From assembly GCF_006345805.1 (NCBI RefSeq), contig NC_043007.1, positions 31,992,001-32,056,000 of the forward strand: 64,000 nt of DNA, read 5' to 3'. The stretch is from Octopus sinensis (taxonomy: Eukaryota). This document shows, one piece after another, positions 40,691 to 54,239 of the stretch. Positions within the stretch are counted from its first letter, which is position 1; each line of letters opens with the position of its first letter. Under the pieces are notes generated by a model. That model was not told where the DNA came from. It saw only the letters and a program-made list of their open reading frames with translations, and did no database searches. The translations under genes and the position numbers were made by a program.

Positions 40691-42220
40691 TATTTGTTTC
40701 TAAAATATATAATAAACTGTCATATTATGTTTTTGTATTCAGTCTGTATTTGGGACATCGTGATTTACTGAACTGGTTGCAAATGGCAACAAAAGAACTT
40801 TGATGAATGACCACACCAACTGACTGTTTAACCAACACGTTAAATAAACAATTGATTAGTTGGATATTTAATCAACTGACTAATAAAAAAAGAAATAGAA
40901 TTGAAACTGTGCATATGTTATTATTATTATTATTATTATAATTGGTGAGCCAGCACAAAGTGGTGAACAGGTAGAATCGTTAGCATGCTGAGTATAATGC
41001 TTAGTGGCATTTCACCCATCACTAATGTTCCAAGTTGAAATTCCTCCAAGGTCGACTTTGTCTTTCATCTTTTCAGGGGTCGATAAATTAAGTACCAGTG
41101 AAACAAATTTCAGGCCTTGTACCTATACAGGTCTTCATCAACATACAACGGATCGAAATAAATAGTTCAGTTGAAATCTAATGGATTTAATTTCTTAGAA
41201 ATTAACCCGTCTACAGATGATGTCAGCTAACAAATGCTTCCCTAGGTTTGGTTATCGACTGCCACTGTGTTGGAAGACTATCCTGTCACAGAGACATTGA
41301 AGCAACCTCATATTTGTTTATAAGACAACTGCTTGAGACTCCAAACTTTTGAATAACGCCAGTATAATGGTATAATACAGAATGCTGTGTGTGACTTTTA
41401 CCTGAGAAAGCATCTTAAGAATGTAAGAATATAAAACAAAGCTATGTAGGCCTATAGGCCTACTTATGACCAGTCAGTTGGAACCAGTTGTGGTCATAGG
41501 CCAATGAAGGCCTGTAGTAGAAAGGATTATTATTATTATTATTGGCATCATGACTCTCCCAAGGCACAACAGAAATAAACTATCACTTTTTCTATTTTAA
41601 AAGTATTAGTTTAATTCTATCTCCAGTAAAGATATTCACCATAAAAATTTAACCATTCTTTTCTCTGCTGGTTGATTACATAAAGACAATCTCATCAATA
41701 GTTAAAACCACATAATACCATTTCTTTTATTCTTATCACACCATACTATGAAATTTAATTCTTCTATCATTTCTATAAAGTCCTCAATACGAACAGTGCG
41801 TGTGTGTGCCTGTGTGTGAATTCAAAGCATACAGATTTACTCGAATGGAGGTATGCTAATTTTTCCAAGAATTCAATTTATTTGAGAGAAATTTATATTT
41901 ATTCAATCTATTAAAAACAGCAACTAGCAATGATAAATGCCCATTCAGTCAGTCTATTGTATCCAGAAAGCATGTTTATGGCTCTCAATAATTAAAAAGA
42001 ATGTTGCAAAAATTATACCATTATTCTTCATTGTATTTTTTCTTGCTTTTTGATCGCCCCCTTTGTACATTTTCCCGTGTTAATTTTGTGATTATTTCCC
42101 CCCCAATCTGTTAATATTTTATTTCTGTTTGCTGTCTGTGTTGCATACAACTGGTTGCTATGAGCTATTAAATTCATCTATTAAATAGTGACTGGGAACT
42201 TTTCAGATCACTTCAGATCC

Positions 42221-42620
42221 TCATCATCGTTTAACATCCGTTTTCCATGCTAGCATGGGTTGGACGGTTTGACTGAGGTCTGGAGAGCCAGCAGCTGCAC
42301 CAGGCTCCAATCTGATTTGGCAATGTTTCTACAGCTGGGTGCCCTTCCTAACGCCAACCACTCTGAGAGTGTAGTGGGTGCTTTTTACGTGCCACCAGCA
42401 TAGGAGCCAGTCAGGTGGGCCTGGCATTGATCATGTTTGGATAGTGCTTTTCACGTGCCACTGGCACGGAGGGTACTGGCAACAGCCATGTTCGGATGGT
42501 GCTTTTTATGTGCCACTGGCACAGGAGCCAGTCAGGGGTTACTGCTATCAATCACATTTGGATAGTGCTTTTTGCATGCCACCGGCATAGGAGCCAGTCA
42601 GCAGGTATTGGCATCAATGC
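42221..42620 (-). mobile_element. Family-D retroposon with four internal tandem units
   Basis: gtgcttttt.cgtgccac.ggca.aggagccagtca is repeated. Confidence 0.8.
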
Positions 42621-43363
42621 CAGAAATTTTTAAAACTACTTAGATGAAGATATGAATGTCAGTTCATTAAATAAAACTATGACTATCTAATTCTTTTAGT
42701 GGTTTCAATCATTGGATTGCAGCCTTTGAATAATTATACCAACCTTAGTACTTAGGTTGGTGTTTAATTTATCAATCAGTGTTTATTGAATGGCTAAGTT
42801 AACTCTTCACGTGGAGTTATCTTCCACTAAATAATAAATACTAAAGGGAATGTGCACCAATTCACTCAAAACCAACAGACACAAATTTAATAATATTAGA
42901 AATGATTCATACCAAATTGCAAGAATAGTTCATTATGTAAAGGACTTTTGGCAGACAGCTCAACAAGTATGAAAAAAATTCATATCAGGAGCAGTAATAT
43001 AATGAAATATATTAGACTATATATATATATATATATACATATATATATAAATTCACAGAATGTTAACAAAATAAGTGGCTTTCATTAAATAGTATGTTCC
43101 GAAAACACAGTATCTTATAAACACAAACAAAACAAATGGAAAACACACACACACATGCAGAATGTTGCCAGATCCTCTTCATATTTTCAGTTTATTCCGT
43201 TTGTGCTTATCTATAATATATATATATTTTGTTGTACTTCGGGATGGTCTTTTCATTCATCATTATTTTTTTTGTTTGCCAAATAAATACACACACACAC
43301 ACTATATTTCTTTTTTTCTTCAATCATTTATTGTTGTAATTTTATTATTTTAATGTCTGTCCA

Positions 43364-43410
43364 TTGTCTGGAAATATTTCATCACACGTCTGTGACCTCT
43401 TCAGCGACAC
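43364..43410 (-). ncRNA. Minimal type-I hammerhead ribozyme-like motif (Penelope-associated, possibly degenerate)
   Basis: Minus strand: GUGUCG-CUGAAGA-GG-UCACA-GACG-UGUGA-U-GAAA-UAUU-UC-CAGACA, with a palindromic GAAAUAUUUC stem III. Confidence 0.5.
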
Positions 43411-43508
43411 TTTTTGTTTCAGAGTGTGATATATATATATAATCAAAATAAGCAACAAGTATATCTGCGGTAATTTGGTATGATCGTTTCATGCTACTTC
43501 ATTTTATT

Positions 43509-43616
43509 TAGTCTAATAAAGGGGCATATAAGCCCTCAACGAAAAAAGGCTTTCTTATCAGCATGGGAAAGCCTTCTTTTTTCTGTCGAGGGCTTATATG
43601 CCCCTTTATTAGACTA
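43509..43616. repeat. Inverted repeat with 29-bp perfect stem
   Basis: tagtctaataaaggggcatataagccctc / gagggcttatatgcccctttattagacta, plus an inner aggctttc/gaaagcct stem. Confidence 0.9.
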
Positions 43617-43735
43617 TTTTCCTTAGTCACTGCATGGTGATCGCCATAAGCATTAAGCTTATATAAAAATACCATTATTATTATTTACAGGATTGTAAAA
43701 ACGGTGCCTTATAAAAAAACCATTTGCACTGAAAG

Positions 43736-43780
<45 letters not shown>

Positions 43781-44399
43781 TGTCAACAGAGATTAGTACA
43801 TTTACATATTTGGGGGTTTTTTTTTATATTTCTACAGTCCCTTATATACCATATTTCGTTTAAATTTGTCCAACGCATGCTTCTGTTGCACAGAAAACTA
43901 GCAATTGCATTTACATCCAGTTTTTATTTTTTCAACTGGTTAGCAGTCTATGCAACTGTATTCAAGGACCATCTGCAGATGTGGTTCAAAGCAGACCAAA
44001 TGTATGTAGGCTTGGTTGATGTCGTTTTGCTAGATTACCATACTTTTTGAGGGAAAAGAATGTGAGGAGGAGACTTGGAAATCTGATATGGCTATAAAAA
44101 CTACTCTATGGTTGATCTCATCCTGACTTTAAGTTTAAGTTTGAAATGAGAGCACTTGACTTTTAAGTAGGTCAAAGTGTATTTTTTCAACCCTAGCCTG
44201 TGGCCCAACATCAAGTTCTTGTGTTTTTTACTTTGAATCATCCACAGGTATCTTCCATTGAATGGTTTATATATAATGTCTGTGCGTCACAAACATTCTT
44301 TAAATGTTTATTTTACACTTTAAATTCTATCACATCTAAACAAGTTTTTTCTCCACCCCCACCGCCCTCCACTCACTCAACTATCATTCTCAGCAGACT

Positions 44400-44765
44400 T
44401 GGTCATAAAGCTCACTTTGCAACTACGGGGTCTTGGGTTAAGTTCCACAGCGCAGCACCTTGGGCAAGTGTTTTCTACTACAGCTCCAGACTGACCAATG
44501 CTTTGTGAGTGGATTTGATGGACAGAAACTTCATGGAAGCCTATTAAGAGAGAGAGAGAGTGTGTGTGTGTGAGTGTGTGTTTGTAAACTCCAACCCAAT
44601 GTTGGTTTGTTTATGTCCCCATAACTTAGCAGTTTGGAGATCGATAAAACATGTACAGACTTGAAAAGAAAAGGACTGGGGTTGATTTGTTCAACTAAAC
44701 CCTGCAAGGTAGTGCTCCAGCATGGTCACAGTCCAAAGCCTGAAACAAGTAAAAGCTAAAAAAGA
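44400..44765 (+). mobile_element. Family-A SINE
   Basis: cagcaccttgggcaagtg...gctccagcatgg...gaaacaagtaaaag. Confidence 0.75.
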
Positions 44766-47126
44766 GATTCTCTGTCAAAGTGATACGGAAGTCACAACAA
44801 TTTTTCCCCTGCAAAAGAGATACAAATACACAATTGAAAAGCTATTAAGAAGATCATTTCCTTACTTAGAGATTACAAAAGTATTGTTAACTTTTTCTCA
44901 GTTGATTGAATGGAATAGTCTTTGTTTGGTCCAGGTCAGCCATGACTGAACATAAATATAATCGAAAGCCTTCCAACCATGACTGTCTTTAGTCAGACTT
45001 CCTCATTTCTCTTTTCCAACTTTAGTAATTATGTATCTCCTCTACAGTAATACACTTGTTCTGGTCCCTCTATCCTACTTTAACTTCTTACTGCCTTGCA
45101 TAAAAACCACTTCCTTCAATAGTATTTCCCCACCCCAGTTGAGGGCTTTGGGCTTGCGACTTATGGAACGACCTCACTGCTGCTGGTGCCACATGAAAAA
45201 CTCTCAGTACCCTCAGTGAAGTGGTCAGCATCAGGAAGGGGATCCAGCCACGAAAACCACCCCAAATCAGACAGTGGAGCTTGGTGCAGTCCTTTGGCTT
45301 GTCAGCTCCAGACAAACTGTCCAACCCATGCCAGGATGGAAAAACAGACATCAAATGATGACGACCTGACCTTACACTTCCAAGGAGTTAGGGTGAAATC
45401 CGAGGGAAATTAGACTGCTATTTCTTGCATGCCAGCCAATCAAGTAGAGGTATTCTCGCTGGTTCAGAAATGGACAAATGGACTTGAAATTATTATTATT
45501 ATTATTGTCATTATTATTATTCAGATAAAAATCAATAATGTTCCTATATTTAAATTTTATGTTACACAGAATAAACACTCAATCCATCCATATCACTAAT
45601 AACAACCATAATTTGCTTTTGAAGTAAAAAACAAATTATAATGATGATAGTGATGATGACGATAATAATCATGGTAGCTGTAACAGAATAACAAGTGGCA
45701 AAACCAATTTGAATCAGCTTTAGTATCATACACTACTCCATTACACTATGACTCACAAACTTTACTCATGTGTGTTTCCACCTTTCCGATTGATTATTTG
45801 ATACAGCACAAAGGTTCAAGCAAGCTAATGGATTCTTATATGAAAGCAACTACACTCGTAAACACAAGTCAAATCAACTCTCTTTATAATACGTCGGGAG
45901 ATTGTCCATATCAAATATACATTCTCATGAATAATATCTATAAGATCCGAGTTACTACTTTAATAATGAATAACAGAGAAACATAATGGTACGGAGGAGA
46001 CAAAGTTTGGTGATGGCACAAATATTGTATTAAACTATTTATTAGTGGTTTAAACAAAAAAAAAAAAAAAATACTGTTTAGTAGGTTTCGTCATTATTTT
46101 AATGTCCACTTTTGCATGATCGCATGGGTTCGATGGAAATTACTGAGGCAGATTTTCTATGTCCAGGTGCCTTTCCCATTGCCAACCTTTACTGTTATCA
46201 AAACAGGTGGTATTTACCTGCGGCCAGACATGCTCACACAAAATAGGAAAGACAATTAACACTGCTTGTATGACATTTGCTACTAGGAGGCAATGTCAAG
46301 ACCAAGAGACACACACACACATACAAATGCTGAGACCCCCTTCGGTCATGACTGACCATGGGATTGTACCTAAAAAGTTACCCTCCCAGGCACAAGTCCA
46401 GGCAAGGCTGTTTATTGAAGACTCGCAGTCGCCCATGCATACCAGCCTCGCCTCTCCACGCCACCAGTGTTTTCCAAGGGAAAGGCAATGGCCCATACAG
46501 CTTGGCACCTGTGACGTCACAACTCATTTCTACAGCTGAGTGAACTGGAGCAACATGAAATAAAGTGTCTTGCTCAAGAACACAACATACAGCCTGATCT
46601 GGGAATTGAACTCACAACCTCACGATCGTAAGCTCAATGCCCTTAACCACTGAGTCATGTGCCTTCACACATATAAATACACACACATACACACAACGGT
46701 CTTTTTCCAAATCCATCTACCTAATTCACACACAATGCTTCAGTTGGCCCCGTGCAAAGAAGACATTCACCCAAGGGGCCACACAGTGAAACTAAATTCA
46801 TAATCCTGTGGTCGGAAAGCAAACTTCTGCGTCTCTTCTATAATTGAAACATTTATCCCCATTACCAGAAAAGGGTAAACTGTACCAAGTGGGAATTTGG
46901 CAAACAAAAACTGTCAGTTTCCATAATCACCAAAAACACTAACAACATTTTAATAAGTCTAACTCTGAAGAAGAGTGCATATCAATCTGGTGCTTAGGTT
47001 AGAAATTGAACCCATAATGCTCAATATATTATTCATACATGAAACCAATTTAACCTTCATATACAGCAAAATATTTTTCTTATGTATATACATACACACA
47101 CATGTACATAAGTATGTGTATGTATA

Positions 47127-47157
<31 letters not shown>

Positions 47158-47427
47158 GGGCCTGGTGCAGCCTTCTGGCTTCCCAGACCCCTGTTGAACC
47201 ATCCAACCCATGCTAGCATGGAAAGCGGATGCTAAATGATGATGATGATATATATATATATACGGGGTTAGAATCCAAGCTGAATTCCATCCAATATGAA
47301 AATAGATGTGTGTGTGTGTGTGTATACACACACATTAAATCTTGTATAATATTTAAATGTCTATATCCCTTTGTATAAATACTTTTCTATATGCATAACA
47401 TGGAACACACGCACACTTACATATATA

Positions 47428-47449
47428 TATTCTGAAATATAACAGTCAT

Positions 47450-47497
<48 letters not shown>

Positions 47498-47519
47498 ATG
47501 ACTGTTATATTTCAGAATA
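47428..47519. repeat. Perfect 92-bp palindrome centred on (AT)n
   Basis: tattctgaaatataacagtcataaaa-(AT)n-ttttatgactgttatatttcagaata. Confidence 0.95.
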
Positions 47520-47964
47520 AAATTTAGGAAATAAATTAAATCTGATCATAAATTTATGAATATAGATGCATGTACATATGTATATACATGTATATTACAT
47601 AATTTTCTATGTGAAGCAAATTTGAATATTCTAACAAAAATCCATTATAATTGTTTCTATCTTTATATCTTACAAGTAAATAAATTTTTATTCTCTTCTT
47701 ACATCCATTTCCTTTCCTAGTTTCATCTTTTTCTTTCTATTTTATTATCTTTTCTTCTCTATTCTTTTTCTCCCTCTGCCACTCTATATTCCTGATAAAT
47801 TACAATATCTGTTTATAGCAAATTCTTCCCAATAAAAGCTTATAATTTTTAAAATCTTTGTCTGAAGAGTCAGTTTTGGAGATCCTCTACATGTTCTCTA
47901 CATATATATAATTATGAATTTATATTATTATTGTTACTATAATGGTAATAATATTCATGGTGTA

Positions 47965-48394
47965 AGGCAGCAAGCTGGCAGAAACGCTAGCATTCTGGGC
48001 AAAGTGCTTAGCAGTATTTCGTCTGCCGTTATGTTCTGATTCCAAATTCTACCGAGGTCAACATTGCCTTTCATCCTTTCGGGGTCAATAAATTAAGTAC
48101 CAGTTACGCACTGGGGTTGATGTAATCAACTTAATCCCTTTGTCTGTCCTTGTTTGCCCTTTCTATATTTAGCCCCTTGTGGGCAATAAAGAAATAAGAA
48201 ATATTAGCATGCCAGGCAAAATGCTTAGCAGCATTTCATCTGTCTTTACGTTCTGAGTTCAAATTCCACCAAGGTCAACTTTGCCCGTCATCCTTTCAGG
48301 GTTAATAAACTAAGTACCAGTTGCGTACTGTAGTTGATCTAATTGACTGGTCCCCTCCCTAAAAATTTCGAGCATTATGCCTAGAGTAGAAAAG
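47965..48394 (+). mobile_element. Family-B SINE dimer with 15-bp TSD
   Basis: aatattcatggtgta occurs at 47950-47964 and 48395-48409. Confidence 0.9.
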
Positions 48395-48511
48395 AATATT
48401 CATGGTGTACTTCCTATACTGTAATGAAACATATGTGTAACATGGAATTAAAAATATACCAAATTGGACAGTCTTTATGTATATGTGTGTGTGTGTGTGT
48501 GTATATATATA

Positions 48512-49397
48512 TTGGACTAGTTTCGTAGCATGCCAACAAATGGCAGCACACTCAAGGTTGCATGTGCAGTGAGAGCTAGCAGTGACCTTAATGAGGTAGT
48601 ATGCCGAGTGACATCGTTGTTTACTTTGCAAGTTGTGAAATTTGTGTTTTTGTGATCATGTGTATGCTGTAGTCTGTGATTTTGTCAAGGACAGGAACAA
48701 AGAGCCGCCATGAAATTTAGGAAGTCTGCTACAGAGACATTGAGCATGCTTTGGTAAGCTTATGACAATGAGGCAATGGACCATACACAATGTTTTGGAT
48801 GGCACGAGCATGCCAAAAGTGGAAGAAAGTCCTTGGAAGCCGATGAGCAATCTGGAAGACCTGCCATAAGCGTCCCCTCCAGAAATGTGGTATTGTGCAT
48901 TGAGAATTCATCCCCCCAGGGCCAGACCGTCAATCAAGAGTTCTACTGTGATGTTTTGAAGCATTTGAGGGGGGACATCTGGTGAAAGCAACCAGATCTG
49001 TGAGTGCACAGAATTGGATTCTTCCCGACAACAATGCACCCTGTCACCGAGCTCTCCTCACTCGTGAGTTTCTTGCCAAAAACATGGTATCATTTCCACA
49101 CCCATCCTGTTTGCCAGATTTAGCACCTGCAGACTTCCATCTCTTCCCCAAGATGAAAAGGCAGCTCAAAGGTCACCATTTTAACACCATTGTCGAGATC
49201 CAGAGCAAATCACAGACGGTCCTCAACTTGCTTATGGAAAATGACTTGCAGGCCGGATTCCAAAAGCTACAGGAATGCTGGGACTGATGTATTGCTGTGG
49301 AAGGTGACTATTTCAAAGGAGATGATGTTAAAACTCAGGTAAATAAGCTATTTTTTATTAAACATAACGAGTCTGGGAACTTTTTGATACCACCTTG
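48512..49397 (+). mobile_element. Decayed, internally deleted mariner-like element (different subfamily)
   Basis: Fragments SGRP, QGQTVNQEFYCDVLKHLR, WILPDNNAPCH and FPHPSCLPDLAPADFHLFPKMK. The right TIR gggaactttttgataccaccttg is followed by TA; the left TIR is truncated. Confidence 0.88.
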
Positions 49398-49893
49398 TAT
49401 ATAGTGTATATAATATGTGATTTATTGGAGTTACATGGAACTTGTATTGTTGCTAGGGACACTATAGGAACACAGTATGGCTGTGGTTAAGCTGTTAAGA
49501 GTTGGGGGCAACACTGTTGTGTTTCTGAGATTAGATATTACTAGAGTAGTATGCACTGTATGAACTCAAAACTTCTATCTATGCTTGCATTTCATTTAGC
49601 ACAGTCTCCAATTACTTTTAGGTAACACACACACACACGTACCCTTTGATAGAATTTTATTCACTAATGCATTAACAAAAGGTTCATCTTTTATCTTTTA
49701 CTTGTTTCAGTCATTGGACTGTGGCCATGCTGGAGCACTGGCTCAAAGAGTTTAGTTGAACAAATCACCCCTCTTTTTTTAAAAGTTAGGTACTTAATCT
49801 ATTTCTTTTGCTGGACTACTAAGTTACAGGGACATAAACAAACCATCACTGATTGCCAAGCAGTAGTGGTGGTGGGAATAAAGACACAGACAC

Positions 49894-50370
49894 ATCATCA
49901 TCGTTTAACGTCCGTTTTCCATGCTAGCATGGGTTGGACAGTTTGACCAGGGTCTGGGAAGCCAGAAGGCTGCACCAGGGTCCAATCTGATCTGGCAGTG
50001 TTTCTACAGCTGGATGCCCTTCCTAATGCCAACCACTCCATGAGTGTAGTGGGTGCTTTTACATGCCACCAGCACAGGGGCCAGGAGGCTGGCAATGTCC
50101 ATGATAAATTGGTGCTTTTTACATGTCACTGGCACGGACGCCAGTCAAGGCGGCACTGGCATCGGCCACATTTGGATGGTGTTTTTTACATGCCACCGGC
50201 ACGGGTATCACAACTACAATTTCCATTTGATTTTTGTTTTGATGTTGACGTATTTGACTCAATAGGTCTCCTGAAGCACAGCAGGTCACCCTATGATCCA
50301 AGGTAAGCCCAGCAGGCCGTCCTGCAAGCCATGAACTCACTTCATTTGCATATATGCAAATATGAGCTAA
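49894..50370 (-). mobile_element. Family-D retroposon (long copy)
   Basis: Colinear with 5245-5630. Confidence 0.8.
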
Positions 50371-51139
50371 GAGAAATAACTCAAAGTGACCAATGGCATG
50401 TATACACACACATACACACTATGGGTTTCCACACAGTTTCCATCTATGAAATTCACTTGCAAAGCAATGGTCAGCACAGGGCTATAGTCGAAGACACTTG
50501 CCTAAGGTGCCACACAGTGGGACTAAACCCGAAACCACATGTTTGCCAAGCAAGCTTCTCAACCACAGAACCATGCCTGAGTCTACATCAAAATTCCAAC
50601 AGTGTAAAATATCTCACCAGGGACACAGGGAAAAAAAAATGCCAGTAATAAAGATCAATGCAGAAAAACTACAGCACTTTATGTTACTCTAGATCAGATA
50701 TTTTCAGCAACAAAAAAACAATATTACTTGTTAGTGTTATGCATAAAATTGATTTCTCGCACTAGCAACTAGACACCAATTTGTAAGACAAGCGCAGAGT
50801 TAATTAAATTAACCAGCCCAAAACAAACGAAATAGTTGGCTTAATGATCTCAAAAGGAAAGAACTAGAACTAAATACATGGCAGTGCTCCACTTTGCCAG
50901 CCATTCCACCCCACCAGCACACATATTATATATATATATACATATATATACATATGCACGAGAATCTGTGGTTTCACCCAAAATGGAGGTGAACACCATT
51001 CCGCCATGTGTTCAGCTTGAAAAAGTGTTAGGATATTAAGATAGCCTTAATACACAGACAAATTCTATCCACCAATGTTGAGCACTCGTTTTCATAATTC
51101 GATATTATATATATGTGTGTGTGTAGATACATATATATA

Positions 51140-51460
51140 AAGGTACATGGCTTAGTGGTTAGGTGTTTAGCTGACGATCTTAAGGTTGTGAGTTCAATTT
51201 CCAGTGATGCATTGTGTCCTTGAGCAAGACACTTTATTTCATGTTTATCCAGTCCACTCAGCTGGCAAAAATGTGTAGTACCTGTATTTCAAAGGAACAG
51301 CCTTGTCGCACTCTGTGTCATGCTGAATCTCCCTGAGAACTATGATAAGGGTACACGTGTCTGTGGAGTGCTCGGCCACTTGCATGTTAATTTCACGAGC
51401 AGGCTGTTCCATTGATTGTATCAGGTGGGACCCTCGTTGTCATAACCGATGGAGTGCTCC
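51140..51460 (+). mobile_element. Family-C related SINE
   Basis: tggcttagtggttagg...gagttcaatt head; 3' body shared with 3360-3540. Confidence 0.8.
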
Positions 51461-51472
51461 TATGTATGTATG

Positions 51473-51512
<40 letters not shown>

Positions 51513-53693
51513 CATATATATAATCATTATTTAATGTTCACTTTTCTTTGCTGGCATGGATTGAACAGATTGTATCGAGGCAGATTTTCCTCCAGCCAGA
51601 TACCCTTCATGGGCTTCCTTCTGTTTCCATATACCAAGTTCCCTCACAAGGTATTGGTCAGCCAGTGCTACAATAGAAGGTGCCATGCAGTGAGGTTGAA
51701 CCCAAAAGCAGAGGGGTTAAGATTTAAACATATTAACCACACAGCCACACCTTTATTAGTCATTTTACATTTGTTTTCCATGTTGGCATGAATTGGACAA
51801 GCTGTCGCAGTCCAGGTCAGTATTTCTAATTTCCACCCTCCAAGACAGGTCAAACAATACCTTAGTAAATTTTAGTAACACTGTTTGGTTGCTTAGGATA
51901 GGAACAAAGGTTTTTGTTTTTGGTTGTTTTTTGTAGCAGAAGATGTATAGCCAACTGAATATTACTGGTATATTTTAATCACCAATAACAAGTCAATTTT
52001 GGCCACATTGTAATTCAGGAAACAGAGGAACAATGTAGAGATTTATAATACATAGCTTATGCCAGTTCTGCCAAATGTTCTAGTTTTTGGTAATTTTAAG
52101 ATATAACCTCAGATAACTGCAACACTATTCACAGAGATTGGGGGAATATTTTTTACTATGAGAAGTGATAAGGTGAGAGAGAGAGAGGGGGGTAGAAAGA
52201 TCTGTAGAAGTTATTATCAAAAGCAACTATTTCTAAACTGTTAATCAAGTTAGAACTTTCACTAAGATAAGGAACGGGAACCCCTGCCTTAACTTGTCTT
52301 GAGAAATGGAAAATTCATACGCAACAGAAATGAAACAGATGAAGAAAGCCATTAACAATTACAGAGATAAACTGAAAGTAATTGAGATTTGGTTTCCAGT
52401 TTTCTTAAAATTTTAATATAAGCATGACGGAGATTACTTAAACTGCACCAAAGCTTAGAGGAATGTTTCATATCCTTTTCATTTGTTATATTTAATTCAG
52501 TTGCTACATGACTAATAGCAAATCAATGCAAGTTCTGTTTCACACTTTTAATAAGATTTGCCTGTTCATTGTCATCTAGTTTAGATGGAGCCAAAAAGGT
52601 CTTAAGAAAAAAAGAAAAGAAAAAAGAAAAAAAACAGCTTGCTGAGCAAGCTGTAAGAACTAAAATAACTGCCGAATATCAAACTAAAAGCCTTACCTCA
52701 TTTGGCCTTTCTCTTTCTAGACTTCGTTTGATTTCAAAACTTGCCAGAAATCAATAATTAATGTGGTGGGTGCATGTCCATTCAATTCTACTTCGCTCTC
52801 CCCACCACCACCTTAAAAAAAAACTGACCTTGTACTTAAGAAATAATTTATATTTACTGTTAACTACAAACTGTATTTGGTCTCAGATTTTTAATAATGC
52901 TTGGGTCAACTCCACTTTTCTTTCGGATCAATAAAATATGCACCGTATTTACTCAAGTATATGTCATGTCACACCCTTAATTTAATGTTAAATCTTGATA
53001 GAATATTTTTCTCCTTTCGTATTCAAACTTGATGGCAGCCTCTTGCTTGTTCCCCAGTTTTTTTTCAGTTAAAATCAAGTGTAAAATTGTGGGACTTACA
53101 CACATGTAAATACAGTATCAGTAAGAGAATTCCTAAGAAACTTTAGTCTCGAGCCTATTAAAAAGATTACCCCAATTAAGAGGTGGATACTAGAAATTAT
53201 GCAATAAACGAAATATTAAATTTAATTTCTCAACTTGCAAACTGAAGCGTCCTTGAAAGAAAATTCGATAAAATACCAGTAATATATTTAATATCGATTC
53301 AAGTCAACTGGCACACCTCCACTGTAAAATTTGGCCTTAATCTTATTCAATAGCGTGAAATCAATAAATAGTAAATGGCATTTCCTATAACTTACGATGT
53401 TTACGCGATTGGGAAAGACATAAATGTTTATAAATTTCCGATACCTTCAGAAATAAAAAAAAATCTTCCTGCCTAGTCAAAACGAATCGATATTAAGGGG
53501 AGAGTGGTGCATCAAAAAATATAGGTTTGTGTGTGTTTTGGGAACAAATATAATTGCACAGACGAGTACTCAATACTAGACATAACGAAAGATTCTGATC
53601 ATTTGAAGTCAGGAAACGTAAAACTCGGAGTAACGGCGAAATTTTGCGCTCTCTCATGTGTGTGTGTGTATATGTATATATGTATATATATAT

Positions 53694-53741
<48 letters not shown>

Positions 53742-53850
53742 TTAGGGTATCTACGAGATGCCATGATCTGACTTTAAAACCACCTAAATTGTCCATATAT
53801 CAACACGATGTATGTATGTATGTATGTATGTATATATGTATGTATATATA

Positions 53851-54004
53851 CTGTTGTGTCTGAGGAGAGTCATTTTCTTTTTGTGCCTTATAATTTAACA
53901 CACCGGTAAAATTTCCACTTCTTTTCTTATTTTAAGAAATTTAACCAGTGTGTGTGTTACATTATAAGGCACAAAAAGAAAACGACTCTCCCCAGACACA
54001 ACAG
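53851..54004. repeat. Inverted repeat (~63-bp arms) of a dispersed element
   Basis: ctgttgtgtctgaggagagtcattttctttttgtgccttataat / attataaggcacaaaaagaaaacgactctccccagacacaacag; the same arm occurs singly at ~32818-32885. Confidence 0.85.
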
Positions 54005-54061
54005 AATATGCTTCAACACACAAACTCACATAAAGAATCTTGCAAACCAAATACCAAAACG

Positions 54062-54130
<69 letters not shown>

Positions 54131-54154
54131 ACATATCATGTGGGAGGGGATATG

Positions 54155-54194
<40 letters not shown>

Positions 54195-54239
54195 GTGGGA
54201 GGGGATATATATATATATAATATATATATATATATTTAT

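Noticed and set aside
42370-42620. Regularly spaced repeats resembling a CRISPR array
   Set aside because: These are degenerate internal tandem units of a retroposon with homologous 'spacers', in a eukaryotic context with no cas genes.
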